NCBI GenBank assembly: GCA_963845065.1
Contig: CAWJQQ010000006.1
Coordinates: 363,850 to 427,849, forward strand
Length of the DNA stretch: 64,000 bases
DNA from: Nitrospirota bacterium
GTDB taxonomy: Bacteria > Nitrospirota > UBA9217
Direction of reading: 5' to 3'
Both the position numbers and the translations under genes were made by a program. The notes under the pieces were generated by a model that worked only from the letters and a program-made list of their open reading frames with translations, was not told the origin of the DNA and made no database searches. Shown here in pieces: positions 9,967-20,084 of the stretch. Numbering within the stretch: the first letter of the stretch is position 1; each line of letters starts with the position of its first letter.

Positions 9967-11685
9967 TTATATTTCCATTATGATCGGCAGAATCATGGGC
10001 CTGCGCTCCATTCGCTTGTTGATGAATTTTTTAAGGCTGCTTCGCACTCGAGCGGAGACGAGCGACCAATCGCCCTTTGCCTCGGGGACCATGAGAGTGA
10101 GCGTATCTAGAACTACATCCTTCACCTCGGCCAAAAGTTCCTGCGACGCGTCCTCGAAAACGAAACCGCGAGACACGATATCCGGCCCCGAGACCACCTT
10201 GCCCGAGATTTTCTCAATGCCGAGAATAACGATCACTACTCCGTCATGAGCAAGCTTCATTCGATCTCTGAGCACCACGGTATCCACTCCCACATCTACG
10301 GTGGATCCGGCGGTCTTGCCGTCGATATACACCCTACCTACGTTCACCATGCCCGCGCGTCGGGCACTACATTCCATAAACTCCATCACCTCGCCGTTCT
10401 CGATTATGAATATATTCTCCTCGGGAATATTCACCTTCCTCGCAAGCTGGGCATGATACACTAGGTGGCGGTACTCGCCGTGCACTGGAATGAAGTACTT
10501 CGGCTTGATGAGGGCGAGCATGAGTTTCAACTCTTCCTTAGACGCATGGCCTGAAACATGGATTTCCGAGACCTTCTCGTAGAAAACCTCAGCCCCGCGC
10601 TTAAACAGATGGTTAATGATTCGCGTGATGCTGCGCTCGTTTCCTGGGATCATTTTAGAGGAGAGGATGATAGTGTCGCCTTTTTTAATCTGGAAGTGCT
10701 TGTGTTCATTCGCGGCCATTCGCGAGAGAGCGCTCATGGGCTCGCCCTGGCTGCCCGTTGTGATCATCACGATCTCGTCGTCCGGCAGGGTCTTGAGCGC
10801 TTCGATCCGAAGCCAAGTGTCCGGCGGCATTTTGAGATAACCCAGGTCGAGCGCGATTTGGGCATTAGCGATCATGCTTTTCCCATTCAGGATCACCTTC
10901 CTTCCGTACATGACGGCTACGTCAATGATCTGCTGAACGCGATGGATGTTCGACGCGAAGGTGGCGATCACGATCCTTCCTTTCGTTCGCGTGAAAATGT
11001 CTTCGAGTCCACGTCGCACCTCTTTCTCGGAAAAGGTATACCCCCCCTGCGAGGCGTTCGTGCTGTCCGAAAGAAGCACCAACGTGCCCCTGTCCCCGTA
11101 TTCCGCAAACGTCCTAAGGTCCATGACCTCGCCGTCCACAGGCGTGGGATCGATTTTGAAATCGCCGGTGTGGATCACGCGGCCCACCGGCGTGGAAATG
11201 CCGAGGCCAACTCCATCGACGATGCTATGTGTCACGCGGATGAACTCAACTTTGAAACATCCGAGAGACACAACGTCCCTCGGCTTTACGACCAGAAGCT
11301 GTGCCTTGCTATCCAATTCATGCTCTTTGAGCTTTTCTTTCACAAAGCCGAGCGTGAGTTTTGTGCCGTAGATAGGCACGTTGATCTCTCTCAGCAAAAA
11401 AGGGAGAGCACCGATGTGGTCTTCATGAGCGTGGGTGAGTACGACACCGCGAATGCGATCTTTGTTCTCAATAAGATATGAAAAGTCCGGGATCACAATA
11501 TCCACGCCCAGCATCTCAGCATCAGGGAACATGAGACCCGCGTCTATGACCATGATGTCCTTTTCATATTCGAGCACAGTCATGTTCAAGCCGATCTCGC
11601 CAACACCTCCCAAGGGGATGATCGAGAGTCTGGGAGTATCGGTGGATTGTGAAGATAAACCGTCGAAAGGTGGGCTGTCCGTCAT
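9967..11685 (-). CDS. rnj: Ribonuclease J
   Basis: PLGGVGEIGLN, THAHEDHIG, TGSQGEP, IHVSGHA, PVHGEYRH and RRPMILP motifs. Confidence 0.96.
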   Translation of the reverse strand: MTDSPPFDGLSSQSTDTPRLSIIPLGGVGEIGLNMTVLEYEKDIMVIDAGLMFPDAEMLGVDIVIPDFSYLIENKDRIRGVVLTHAHEDHIGALPFLLREINVPIYGTKLTLGFVKEKLKEHELDSKAQLLVVKPRDVVSLGCFKVEFIRVTHSIVDGVGLGISTPVGRVIHTGDFKIDPTPVDGEVMDLRTFAEYGDRGTLVLLSDSTNASQGGYTFSEKEVRRGLEDIFTRTKGRIVIATFASNIHRVQQIIDVAVMYGRKVILNGKSMIANAQIALDLGYLKMPPDTWLRIEALKTLPDDEIVMITTGSQGEPMSALSRMAANEHKHFQIKKGDTIILSSKMIPGNERSITRIINHLFKRGAEVFYEKVSEIHVSGHASKEELKLMLALIKPKYFIPVHGEYRHLVYHAQLARKVNIPEENIFIIENGEVMEFMECSARRAGMVNVGRVYIDGKTAGSTVDVGVDTVVLRDRMKLAHDGVVIVILGIEKISGKVVSGPDIVSRGFVFEDASQELLAEVKDVVLDTLTLMVPEAKGDWSLVSARVRSSLKKFINKRMERRPMILPIIMEI

Positions 11686-12075
11686 GGAGTGTTATCTCCT
11701 AGGAAAAAACTTGTCGTATTTTAATTACTATATTCTTTTTGATTGAAATCGTCAACTCTGGGAAGATAGGCAAGGGGGAAGTAAAGAGAAGTGTGTGGAT
11801 CATGATAGCGTTCACAAACGGATAACTTATAGAAGCAGTCGATCGCACTAGATTCCGCCCAATTGATCCGGATCAAAGGTCGTTTTATGCTTCAGGCAGC
11901 CTTGCGATGTTTCACGTTTGCTGAACTGAAATTTAGGGGGGCCTTGATGGGCGATATCTGCGAAGAAGGATAGGACTCATAGCCGAGATATTCCTTCTCA
12001 TTCGGCCAGTAATTCCTCCTCCGAAGTACGTCCGCAATCAGTTGTAGGAATGCAAGAGTTGACCTCATGATAATC

Positions 12076-12102
12076 TTATCGGTTTCAATTGGAAAAACTT
12101 AA
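12076..12102 (-). promoter_or_regulatory. Putative sigma-28 (FliA) promoter
   Basis: Minus strand TTAAGTTT-N11-ACCGATAA versus consensus TAAAGTTT-N11-GCCGATAA. Confidence 0.5.
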
Positions 12103-12545
12103 GCAATCTTTCTATTAGTCTTTTTGACTCGGAATACCCTGTAACAGTTTGAATTTATAAAGAGGATATTACTCGCTATAAAAACTTTTCTTGACGCACG
12201 CCTATCGCTAATGCGTGGGAGGTTTCCCGCTTTGTTTTCCTAAATTGCCTAAGCAACGTACTTTGGTAACTAGAGGGCTTCCCACGTCGACATATCACAT
12301 TGAATTGGCAGTGCGCTGGAATCCCGCGCAGATTGTTTAGACAGCGCCGTCGGTCGGTCCGTTCTGCCTCTTGGCGTTTTTTTCCCAGTGATACCTAGCG
12401 GGCGGCTATTTACGTGAATTCTTCGAAAGATTATGGGTGGCATTCTACCCAGCAGAAGGATGACGACATCTACTTTTCAAGAAAGTCGAAGCCCGAATTC
12501 TAAGTGGTTGCCCTACCATAGCTGGGAAGGTACGAGGCCTGCCCC

Positions 12546-14156
12546 CTACATCTCGAATCGCGTTACGAAGGCGCCGATGAACTTCATGTGGCGCACATAG
12601 TCGGAGAAGAGAACTTCCTTGACCACGCCACCGCCGGGCCGATCATCTCGGTCCTTTTCGCCGGCAGCATGAATGAGAAAGATTTTGTCTGATTTTTTGT
12701 GGACGATCGAAAGATGGGATACGATCTCTTCCGCGACGCGCTTCTGCGGGTCCTTGACCCAGTAAACGATGTCACCATCCCGAAGGTTCTTCTGAAGCGT
12801 TTTGGTCAGGAGGATATTTTTCGGCAGGATGTCCACCGTATCTTTGCCACGGGAACCAGGGATCGTCTTGGTCACGCCGAGTTCAGCGGTGATGTTCTTC
12901 CCCCACTTGCCGCTGAAGACCATGTCCTCGCCGTACTGAAACCGTTCATCGTAGTTGGTAATCAGGCCATCCGTGAGTTTGCCCTGAGTAATGAACCGGA
13001 GCGAAAGTGCCTTGTCGACAGCCTCACGAGGCGTAGTGCTCTCCGCAAGCTCAATAGAGCGGAAGGTGTGATACATGCAGTCGACCTTCTCGTCGGCCAC
13101 GATCCGTTTCGTTCGAACATATAGCCCCAGAGGGTCGGTATCATAAGGTATGCCGATAAAGCGCCCTGCCCAGTAGGCAATCCGTTTTCCGACCGGCAGT
13201 TTCGCCACACGCTCCTGCGCGACAAGGATCTCGTCGGCGGTCATGGAGGCGATATTCTTGTTCTCATCCGGCGCAGCGCCGATGAGTCGAAGCCCATACT
13301 GAAGCGAGTTGGTGAACCTGCGATTGTAGATGCCCGCCGGCTGAACTGTTCCCTTTTTGGCGACTTGGAGGAACCGTCCCTTTCCTAGGTAGAGCCCCTG
13401 CCTCTCCCCGTAGAAAATGAGGACGTCTCCGGCCTCGAGCTCCTTCTTCGACACCCTGTCTGTCTTCTCTTTCAACGCACTGCGGTCCCTGCTGATCGAG
13501 AGACCGTGAATGCGATAGGTGATGTATATGAGCCCACTCATATCGATACCCTGAGCGGTCATGCCGCCGGCAAGATAGCGCACTCCCTGAAACTGCTTTG
13601 CCGTAGTTGCTATCTCTGCAGGTTTGGTATCGTTCACGAGGGGATCTAAGGACTTTACGGGCATGGCTTCTGCAGCATCAATGATCGCCACGGATCGGTC
13701 AGGAAATTGGACCTTAAAGTTGTCCGTGTTCTGTTGTAGCACCGGAAGATGCGTGCCGGCATAGAGCGGTACTTTATAATTACCTGTTTTGTCCAAAATG
13801 ATGGCCTCGGTCTTGGGTGTCGTCACAACGATCCACTGTCGGTTCGCGTTCAGGTAGGCGTATCCCTTGTCCTTAATTATCTGCACCGCTTCCTGCTGGA
13901 CCCAGCCTTCGTCATTACCCTGGTTCAGGATGATGACGCGGTAGTGGTTGTCCTTTTTTTCTAGGATGCGGACCTCGTCACCCATGAGCACCTGAGTAAC
14001 AAGCTTCGACTTCGGCAGCGGCTCCTCGTGCACGTTGGCGAGCGGCGACGTGACAATCCCCAACGTATTGGACGCGAATTCTTGCGTGAGAGCTATAGTG
14101 GGAGAAAGAACAGCGAAATAAGATAGAAGGAGTGTTATAAGGAGGTGTTTTTTCAT
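12546..14156 (-). CDS. Secreted SH3b + NlpC/P60-like + DUF1460 (AmiA-like amidase) cell-wall protein
   Basis: Signal-peptide-like N-terminus; SH3b (TQVLMGDEV...GWV); NlpC/P60-like GVRYLAGG..GIDMSGL; C-terminal FIGIPY...VDCMY...SHLSIV...LIHAA. Confidence 0.75.
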   Translation of the reverse strand: MKKHLLITLLLSYFAVLSPTIALTQEFASNTLGIVTSPLANVHEEPLPKSKLVTQVLMGDEVRILEKKDNHYRVIILNQGNDEGWVQQEAVQIIKDKGYAYLNANRQWIVVTTPKTEAIILDKTGNYKVPLYAGTHLPVLQQNTDNFKVQFPDRSVAIIDAAEAMPVKSLDPLVNDTKPAEIATTAKQFQGVRYLAGGMTAQGIDMSGLIYITYRIHGLSISRDRSALKEKTDRVSKKELEAGDVLIFYGERQGLYLGKGRFLQVAKKGTVQPAGIYNRRFTNSLQYGLRLIGAAPDENKNIASMTADEILVAQERVAKLPVGKRIAYWAGRFIGIPYDTDPLGLYVRTKRIVADEKVDCMYHTFRSIELAESTTPREAVDKALSLRFITQGKLTDGLITNYDERFQYGEDMVFSGKWGKNITAELGVTKTIPGSRGKDTVDILPKNILLTKTLQKNLRDGDIVYWVKDPQKRVAEEIVSHLSIVHKKSDKIFLIHAAGEKDRDDRPGGGVVKEVLFSDYVRHMKFIGAFVTRFEM

Positions 14157-14217
14157 TTGAATAGATTCAGGACTGCAAGTAGGAGAACTGCATGCTCATA
14201 CATTATAATATAATTAC

Positions 14218-14302
14218 TGGTGCCGAAGGGGGGACTCGAACCCCCATGGGTTGCCCCACACGCCCCTCAAACGTGCGTGTCTACCAATTCCACCACTTCG
14301 GC
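14218..14302 (-). tRNA. tRNA-Leu(GAG)
   Basis: GCCGAAGTGGTGGAATTGGTAGACACGCACGTTTGAGGGGCGTGTGGGGCAACCCATGGGGGTTCGAGTCCCCCCTTCGGCACCA: acceptor stem, D loop, anticodon loop TTGAGGG, long variable arm, GTTCGA, encoded CCA. Confidence 0.97.
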
Positions 14303-14402
14303 ACATGTGAAATACTTCTTTTACAGGATTACTTGGATCACATCTAGACAGACTATTCTGGATCTTTGTATTGACAACTCTATCAGATCTACGACAGAAT
14401 GA

Positions 14403-15344
14403 TTACTTCTTTATTGCCGGTTGCCTCGCCGAGACATAGGTGAGCCACTCTTCATGCTTATTGTCGCGGCCGTGAACGATGTCGAAGAAGGCAACCTGGA
14501 GTTGTTTGGTCACCGGCCCCGGCTTGCCCGTACCGATCGTCCGATTGTCAACTTCGCGGATGGGCGTAATCTCGGCAGCCGTACCGGAAAAAAATGCCTC
14601 GTCGGCAATATAGAGTTCGTCGCGCGTAAACCGTTCTTCTAAGATGCGCATGCCGCGTTCTGCAGCGAGTTGAATGATCGTTTCCCGGGTAATGCCCTCT
14701 AGAATCGAGGTTAGCGGTGGGGTCTTGATCATACCCTTCCTCACCATGAATACGTTTTCACCGCTACCCTCAGCGACATATCCTTCAGTATCGAGCAGCA
14801 TGGCCTCATCGTAACCGTCCTTCAGCGCCTCACGCTTTGCCAACAGTCCGTTTGCATAATTCGCCGTAGTTTTTGACCGGACCATCGTTGCATTCACGTG
14901 AGGTCGGATAAAGGATGAGACTTTGACTCGGATGCCGTTTTTCAGTCCTTCCTCACCAAGGTAGCTTCCCCAGGGCCAGACAGCTATAGAAACCTGAACC
15001 GGATTCTCCTTGGGAAAGACCCCCATGGAGCCATAACCAATGTAAACGAGAGGCCGAATGTAGCATGCTTCGATCTTGTTCACGCGGATGGTTTCGAGGA
15101 TAGCTTCGTTTATCGCTTCACGGGTGAACGGAATTTCGATCTGGTAGATATGCGCAGAATCGAAAAGCCGATCCACATGCTCATGCAGACGGAAAACAGC
15201 AGAACCTCCATCGGTCTTATAACACCGAATCCCTTCGAACACCGCCGTAGCATAATGGAGTGAATGTGTCAGAATGTGCACTTTGGCATCGTCCCACTTG
15301 ACGAATGAGCCGTTCATCCATATTTTTTCCGTGGCTTGAAGCAT
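14403..15344 (-). CDS. ilvE: Branched-chain amino acid aminotransferase
   Basis: HSLHYATAVFEGIRCY, YIRP, EGSGEN, ILEGITR and GTAAEITP motifs. Confidence 0.96.
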   Translation of the reverse strand: MLQATEKIWMNGSFVKWDDAKVHILTHSLHYATAVFEGIRCYKTDGGSAVFRLHEHVDRLFDSAHIYQIEIPFTREAINEAILETIRVNKIEACYIRPLVYIGYGSMGVFPKENPVQVSIAVWPWGSYLGEEGLKNGIRVKVSSFIRPHVNATMVRSKTTANYANGLLAKREALKDGYDEAMLLDTEGYVAEGSGENVFMVRKGMIKTPPLTSILEGITRETIIQLAAERGMRILEERFTRDELYIADEAFFSGTAAEITPIREVDNRTIGTGKPGPVTKQLQVAFFDIVHGRDNKHEEWLTYVSARQPAIKK

Positions 15345-15352
15345 AGGCGTAA

Positions 15353-15381
15353 TTTATAACAGCCTAGGTTATAATTGTCAA
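15353..15381 (-). promoter_or_regulatory. Sigma-70-type promoter of ilvE with overlapping inverted repeat
   Basis: TTGACA-N17-TATAAA, 8 nt before the ATG; TTATAAC-N7-GTTATAA at 15354-15374. Confidence 0.55.
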
Positions 15382-15574
15382 TCTTTTTTTCCTTGTTCGG
15401 ATAGACTTTCTTTCGTTTGAAACACATCCTTTTTAAAAAAATTCACCTTGTAACGAGAGATTTAATCAAAAACTTTCTGCGACATGCTTCTTTTCCGCTG
15501 TCCACTTCCCATGGTCCAAACAAGGGGGTTTTCGTTGAAGTTGGGTAATGTGCATAGCCAATCGCCGCCCCACG

Positions 15575-16203
15575 ATCGGGTAGAAGGCGGCGTCTTCCCA
15601 TGCCACCGTACGTATAGTTCCCTATGCAATGGCCTGTTCTTTCACTCTTTCGTTAACCTTGGCGACTCCTATCCTAATAAGCGCCCAGCTTTACCTCGCG
15701 GGATCCGTCCGCTACTTCCAGCTCAGGCCCTCTTGCAAGTCTTGGACACAGAACGGGTAGAGATCCAATCTCAAGCAGTCAGACAAGGTCTTCCCTTCAT
15801 CTTGTTTGTATCGGAACTTTTACGGCTTTTGCTGACAACTCCAGACTCATCACAAAATCTCACAACGTCATTAGCTCTATGCAAATCTACGGTCCTCCCA
15901 GAAGAAGACGTATGGCCTTTATCCCATGCATCACAGCATACACTTTCGCGTCTTTCTTATAGTTATTTAGCTTTGTGGCTTTTGGTCTCCACACCTATGT
16001 GTCTGTCTCTTATCCGGTTTCTGTTCGCATGGCATACACTTTGCTTGCAGTTTCCTCTAGATTCTTGATTGCGTCGGACATCATTGCTGTTCGGCTAACG
16101 GTTCCTTTCATCAAGGTCCGGAAAGGACGTGCACTCCAGTCCGCCGATAGGCACTACACTTAATCGGCTTGTACGGATGTGCAATGTATCATGTCTGGCA
16201 AAG
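15575..16203 (-). ncRNA. Degenerate ORF-less group II intron (class IIC-like)
   Basis: Minus strand: 5' TGCCAGACATG; domain I motifs GGAACCGTTAGCCGAACAGCAA..TGTCC..GAATCT..GGAA..GCAAA and GAACAGAAACCG; 3' D5/D6-like TACGTACGGTGG..GGGAAGACG..CCGCCTTCTACCCGAT; no RT ORF. 5' boundary approximate. Confidence 0.75.
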
Positions 16204-16505
16204 GGGCATCTGCAAAAGGAGAATGGACACTTGCTGTTCATCGGCTGCTGCCATGCATGATCGGAGAGCCGCCTCATTTTGTATCGGTTCGCCTCAGACT
16301 TTAACATTAAAGCCGAATATTTCATTATAGCCGATATTGTAAATCACTGGGACCGGGAATTTTTTAGGATACTGAAAAAAAACGGCATGTACCAGAAGCT
16401 GTAACCCGATAGGAACAGCTAGTTTATCGATCTATGAAAAAAACCTCACGAGGTGTTTCTATGATGGTAGCAGGTGCCCTCTCAGACAGGATGCCTGGCA
16501 CAGGT

Positions 16506-17137
16506 TTAAATGATCCCTCGTTTTCGCGCCTTAACAATTGCATCGTTTCTGTCTTTGGCCTGGAGTTCCTCGTAAATGTTTTTGATGTGCGTATGAACAG
16601 TATGCGTACTGATGCTCAGCCGTTCTCCGATTTCTTTATACGTTAACCCTTCTTCAACGCGCTTTACGATTTCTTTTTTTCTCGCTGGGTCAGAAAGTAC
16701 TTTTCGCTCACGACATCGTCTCGGGATTCATTGATGATTTTTCGAGCAATTTTTGGGCTCATGGGCGCCCCACCCTTATACAGTTCATGAATGGATTCTA
16801 TGATTTCCCGCGGACTGCTTCCCTTGAGGATATACCCCGATGCGCCCGCCTTGATGGCGGGAAAAACCATCTCCCGAGCTTCGAATATCGTATGCGCCAT
16901 GATTTCAAGAGATGGTATTTCTTCCTTGGCTCTTTTTATCAAATCCACACCTGACATGCCGGGCAAGCCGAGATCGGTGAGCATCAATTCCGGCTTGGCG
17001 TTTCTGAGACCCCGCAGGGCATCCTCTGCCGACCGGTAGGATCCGACTACAGCAAGCCCTTCCTCACCGCTCAAGAGCAGAGTCAAATTTTCAAGGAGTA
17101 AAGGATCGTCTTCAACAATGATGAGCCGCATGGTCAC
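16506..17137 (-). pseudogene. NarL/LuxR-family response regulator, frameshifted at an A7 tract
   Basis: REC domain (IVEDD, TDLGLPGMSG, GYILKG) to LTQREK; HTH continues in another frame EIVKRVEEGLTYKEIGERLSISTHTVHTHIKNIY...KRGII*. Confidence 0.85.
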
Positions 17138-17155
17138 GCCATATCACAGTCCGGG

Positions 17156-17360
17156 CTAGGATACTATACCCTGAATGGGGCTATATATGGGTAGAGGAGG
17201 GGTAACAATCAATGATGTCCAAAAGCCTGAGCTTATAATCATATGCCTTCCAAGCCTTTCGGCTCGATGTTTCATGTTGGACGGATCCCTGCCACCGGGG
17301 CCTTGACTATTAACTGGTTCGGGGATTTTTAAACCTGAATCCGGCGCAAAGTAACATTGA
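17156..17360 (-). pseudogene. Sensor histidine kinase HATPase C-terminal remnant
   Basis: DSGL...GGRDPSNMKHRAERLG...TSLIVTPPL resembles the G.GL.NM..RA..LGG tail of NarX-type kinases; lies directly upstream of the NarL-type regulator. Confidence 0.5.
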
Positions 17361-17893
17361 TGGGCCTTATTCACTCTGATATATAGGGCCAAACGCATGA
17401 TTTTGTTCATGTCCAAAAAAATACCTTTTAGGCAGGTTTTTAGACAAATGCCTTTGAGCGCAAAAAAATGCTTATTCAGAGCCGTTGCGATGATGCCAAA
17501 TCCTTTTCATACAGTTTTCAGTTTAAAAAGCCTGCGCTTAAAATATCTGTTCAAGCTCATCCGTGATCTACAAGCACAGTTTATCGATCGGCGTTGTTTC
17601 CATAATGCAGCTTTTTACTCCTTCGTTCGTAGGTGCGCTACCAGAACTGTAGCATCTAATCAACGAAGAGAAGCGTCAACTTCATTGGCTTATGGTAGCG
17701 CCTTCGTTCAGTCAAGTTAATATTCAGGATTTTCTTTATCAGAATTTCCTTCATCAATGACGGATACTACGATAACTGCAATATGTTTTCCCTTTTTAAA
17801 CCGCGGAAATGGAATACGCGACATTCCCTTTTTGTTTGACAGAGCGGTGAACAGGAGCTACACTTAGACTGTTGCTCACAGAAAGGGGGTCTC

Positions 17894-18355
17894 ATGCAGA
17901 TCAAAACCATCCTTTTTCCAACGGATTTTTCACAGGGTGCCCGCGCTGCCATGGACCATGCTATTTCGCTCGCGAAGGATTATCAGTCTAAACTTATTAT
18001 CCTTTACGTAATCCAGGACATCAGTATTGCTGAATGGTATATTCCATCTTCCCTTTCCGCTACCGATCTGATGGAGGATATGCAAAAGAGTGCATGGAAT
18101 GAAATGGACAAATGGGTAGCGGAAGTTTCGCAGACCGTCAAAGATGTGGAAAAGATGGTTGTTCGCGGCGTACCTTTTGTCGAGATCATCAAGACAGCAA
18201 AGGAAAGGCAGGCTGATCTGATTGTCATCGGCACTCACGGAAGGACGGGCATCGATCATATGCTATTCGGGAGTACAGCTGAGAAAGTAGTTCGCAAGGC
18301 GGCCTGTCCAGTGCTGACGGTTCGCATCCCGGGTAGAGAGTTCAAGATGCCATAA
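17894..18355 (+). CDS. Universal stress protein
   Basis: ILFPTDFS...DLIVIGTHGRTG...FGSTAEKVVRKAACPVLTV. Confidence 0.95.
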   Translation: MQIKTILFPTDFSQGARAAMDHAISLAKDYQSKLIILYVIQDISIAEWYIPSSLSATDLMEDMQKSAWNEMDKWVAEVSQTVKDVEKMVVRGVPFVEIIKTAKERQADLIVIGTHGRTGIDHMLFGSTAEKVVRKAACPVLTVRIPGREFKMP

Positions 18356-18439
18356 GAAAAAAATAAATTCGAAATAAAGTCACCGCGTAATAAAAAACGT
18401 TCACATCATTTGGAAAAGTTAATACATAATTGTGCATTA

Positions 18440-19349
18440 TAGCACCCTGCATAAGTAGTGCAATATTTAGGCTAAAAAAGAGGTCGCCAGGACTAATGGA
18501 TACAACTACGCAAAAGAGGCTGTGACTCTGCCAGATTACAGATTTCTTCGGATAGTAACTCGTCTTGAGTATCAGGGCGACCGTTGGCGAGTATTTTCTT
18601 AAAGTGATTCCATACTTTTTCGTCTGGGTTCAACTCGGGGGGCATATCGGGGGAAAGGTTCTAAGTGTAAACGGGATGTACATGCGAGAAGTTCTTCTAC
18701 GGAATCACTTCTATGGGGGTTTTGCCATTATCTAGCAGCACAATCAGATGGCCGGGTATTTGATGTAACAAAGGTGGAGAATACCACTACTTCTTCGCCT
18801 CGGATATTATCCTCATACAGTTGGCAGTACAGCGTGCAATGGAATCGTTCGGGCTGACGGCTATGCCGGAGATGGCTCCGTTTCGTTGCGCTCAATGGTC
18901 CAACGTTCCGGCTTTTGGTGGCTCCAACCTATTTGGTGGAGGAGTTTACCTACGTGATTATGGTGGTATTTCACTTTCAGTTGGTGTTCGATCAGATCGG
19001 CATTCCGTTGTGTTGTACACAGCTCCGTCCTGTAACCATGTGCCATGGCCCTTTGGTCAGGAGGCAAACGAGACGTTTCTGCTTCGCGGTCAGTCGCGGT
19101 AGTCGGCCTGATGCTAGTTACGCTTTCAGCGCATCTTCGCTACCCTTCTGGAACGTCGCGTCAACGAAGTACGCTGTTCGCGTGACAACCCATCCGTCTG
19201 CGATCTCATGAAGGCACAACATCTGCTTGAGGAAAGTAATTACACGCCGTCGTCGATCTTCCAACGATTGTGGAGTACCGTGGGGTCGCATGGAGACAAT
19301 CCCTTTCAGGATGCCTCCATTATATTGCATTACTTATGCGGATATCAAT
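18440..19349 (-). mobile_element. IS630-family element, decayed
   Basis: Transposase fragments MRPHGTPQSLEDRRRR (ATG 19291), HHNHVGKLLHQIGWSHQKP and P.Y.PELNPDEKVW; inverted repeats 18449-18466 / 19322-19339 (17/18 match). Ends approximate. Confidence 0.8.
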
Positions 19350-19427
19350 GGTTTACAACATGTATACAATTTCTGGGGTTCCAATGCAAAGAGGCTGGTT
19401 ATATGATAACCAGCCTCCTTTATTTTC

Positions 19428-19853
19428 TTATTGCCCGAGGAGCGTCGTAAAGGTGTCGTGGTGGCCTTCTTCCTCGGAAAGGATCTCTTCGAAAAGCAAC
19501 CGCGTCGTCTCGTCTCCTTCCGATGTGGCCTGTTTGATAATGTCTTTATACAGCGTGATCGCTTCTTCCTCCGCCTTGGTGTCTGCCTTGAGCATTTGAG
19601 TAGCGTCCCCACCAGTGACGATAGGTGTCGGCTTCGTCGTGGGATTGACATCAAAATAAAATAATCTCTCGGCAATTTTTTCTGCGTGCTTCATCTCATC
19701 CACGGACACCTTTTCAAAAACTCCGGAAAGTGATTCTGCGTTCATTCCTTTTACCATAACATGATGCCACATGTACTGCACAATTGCCTGAAGTTCTCCT
19801 GCAATAGCCTGATTCATCATTTCCGTCAATTTCGGACTCGCCTTCTGGACCAT
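19428..19853 (-). CDS. Ferritin-like / bacterioferritin-family protein
   Basis: Start MVQKASP at 19853 after GAGGAGG; ELQAIVQY, DEMKHAE, EEEAITLY and EEEGHH di-iron ligands. Confidence 0.88.
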   Translation of the reverse strand: MVQKASPKLTEMMNQAIAGELQAIVQYMWHHVMVKGMNAESLSGVFEKVSVDEMKHAEKIAERLFYFDVNPTTKPTPIVTGGDATQMLKADTKAEEEAITLYKDIIKQATSEGDETTRLLFEEILSEEEGHHDTFTTLLGQ

Positions 19854-20084
19854 ATCAATGCCTCCTCTTTCGTTCGTGTTGGGGTCAATTTCTTGTCGAA
19901 TTTGTCTTAAAATATAGCACAATTCGGTGATCTTTTCCACGAAGGCAACATTATAAAGCACCAGGCGGGACTTCAGCATCATCCCGCTGACCTTTTCTTC
20001 TTCTCGTCTAGTTCCACAATGCAGACGGTGTCCTGGCTTTGAGGCCACGGGCAGTAACATCCGCATCAGAGTGGGACAGTTAAA

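Noticed and set aside
10558..11481. Long antisense ORFs (also within glgP, valS, cheA and the IS1634 transposase)
   Set aside because: Shadow frames of well-supported genes on the opposite strand
14218..14302. tRNA-Leu as an island integration site
   Set aside because: No adjacent integrase and no duplicated tRNA 3' end seen in the window
15484..16068. 194-aa plus-strand ORF
   Set aside because: No protein motifs; it is antisense to the group II intron relic
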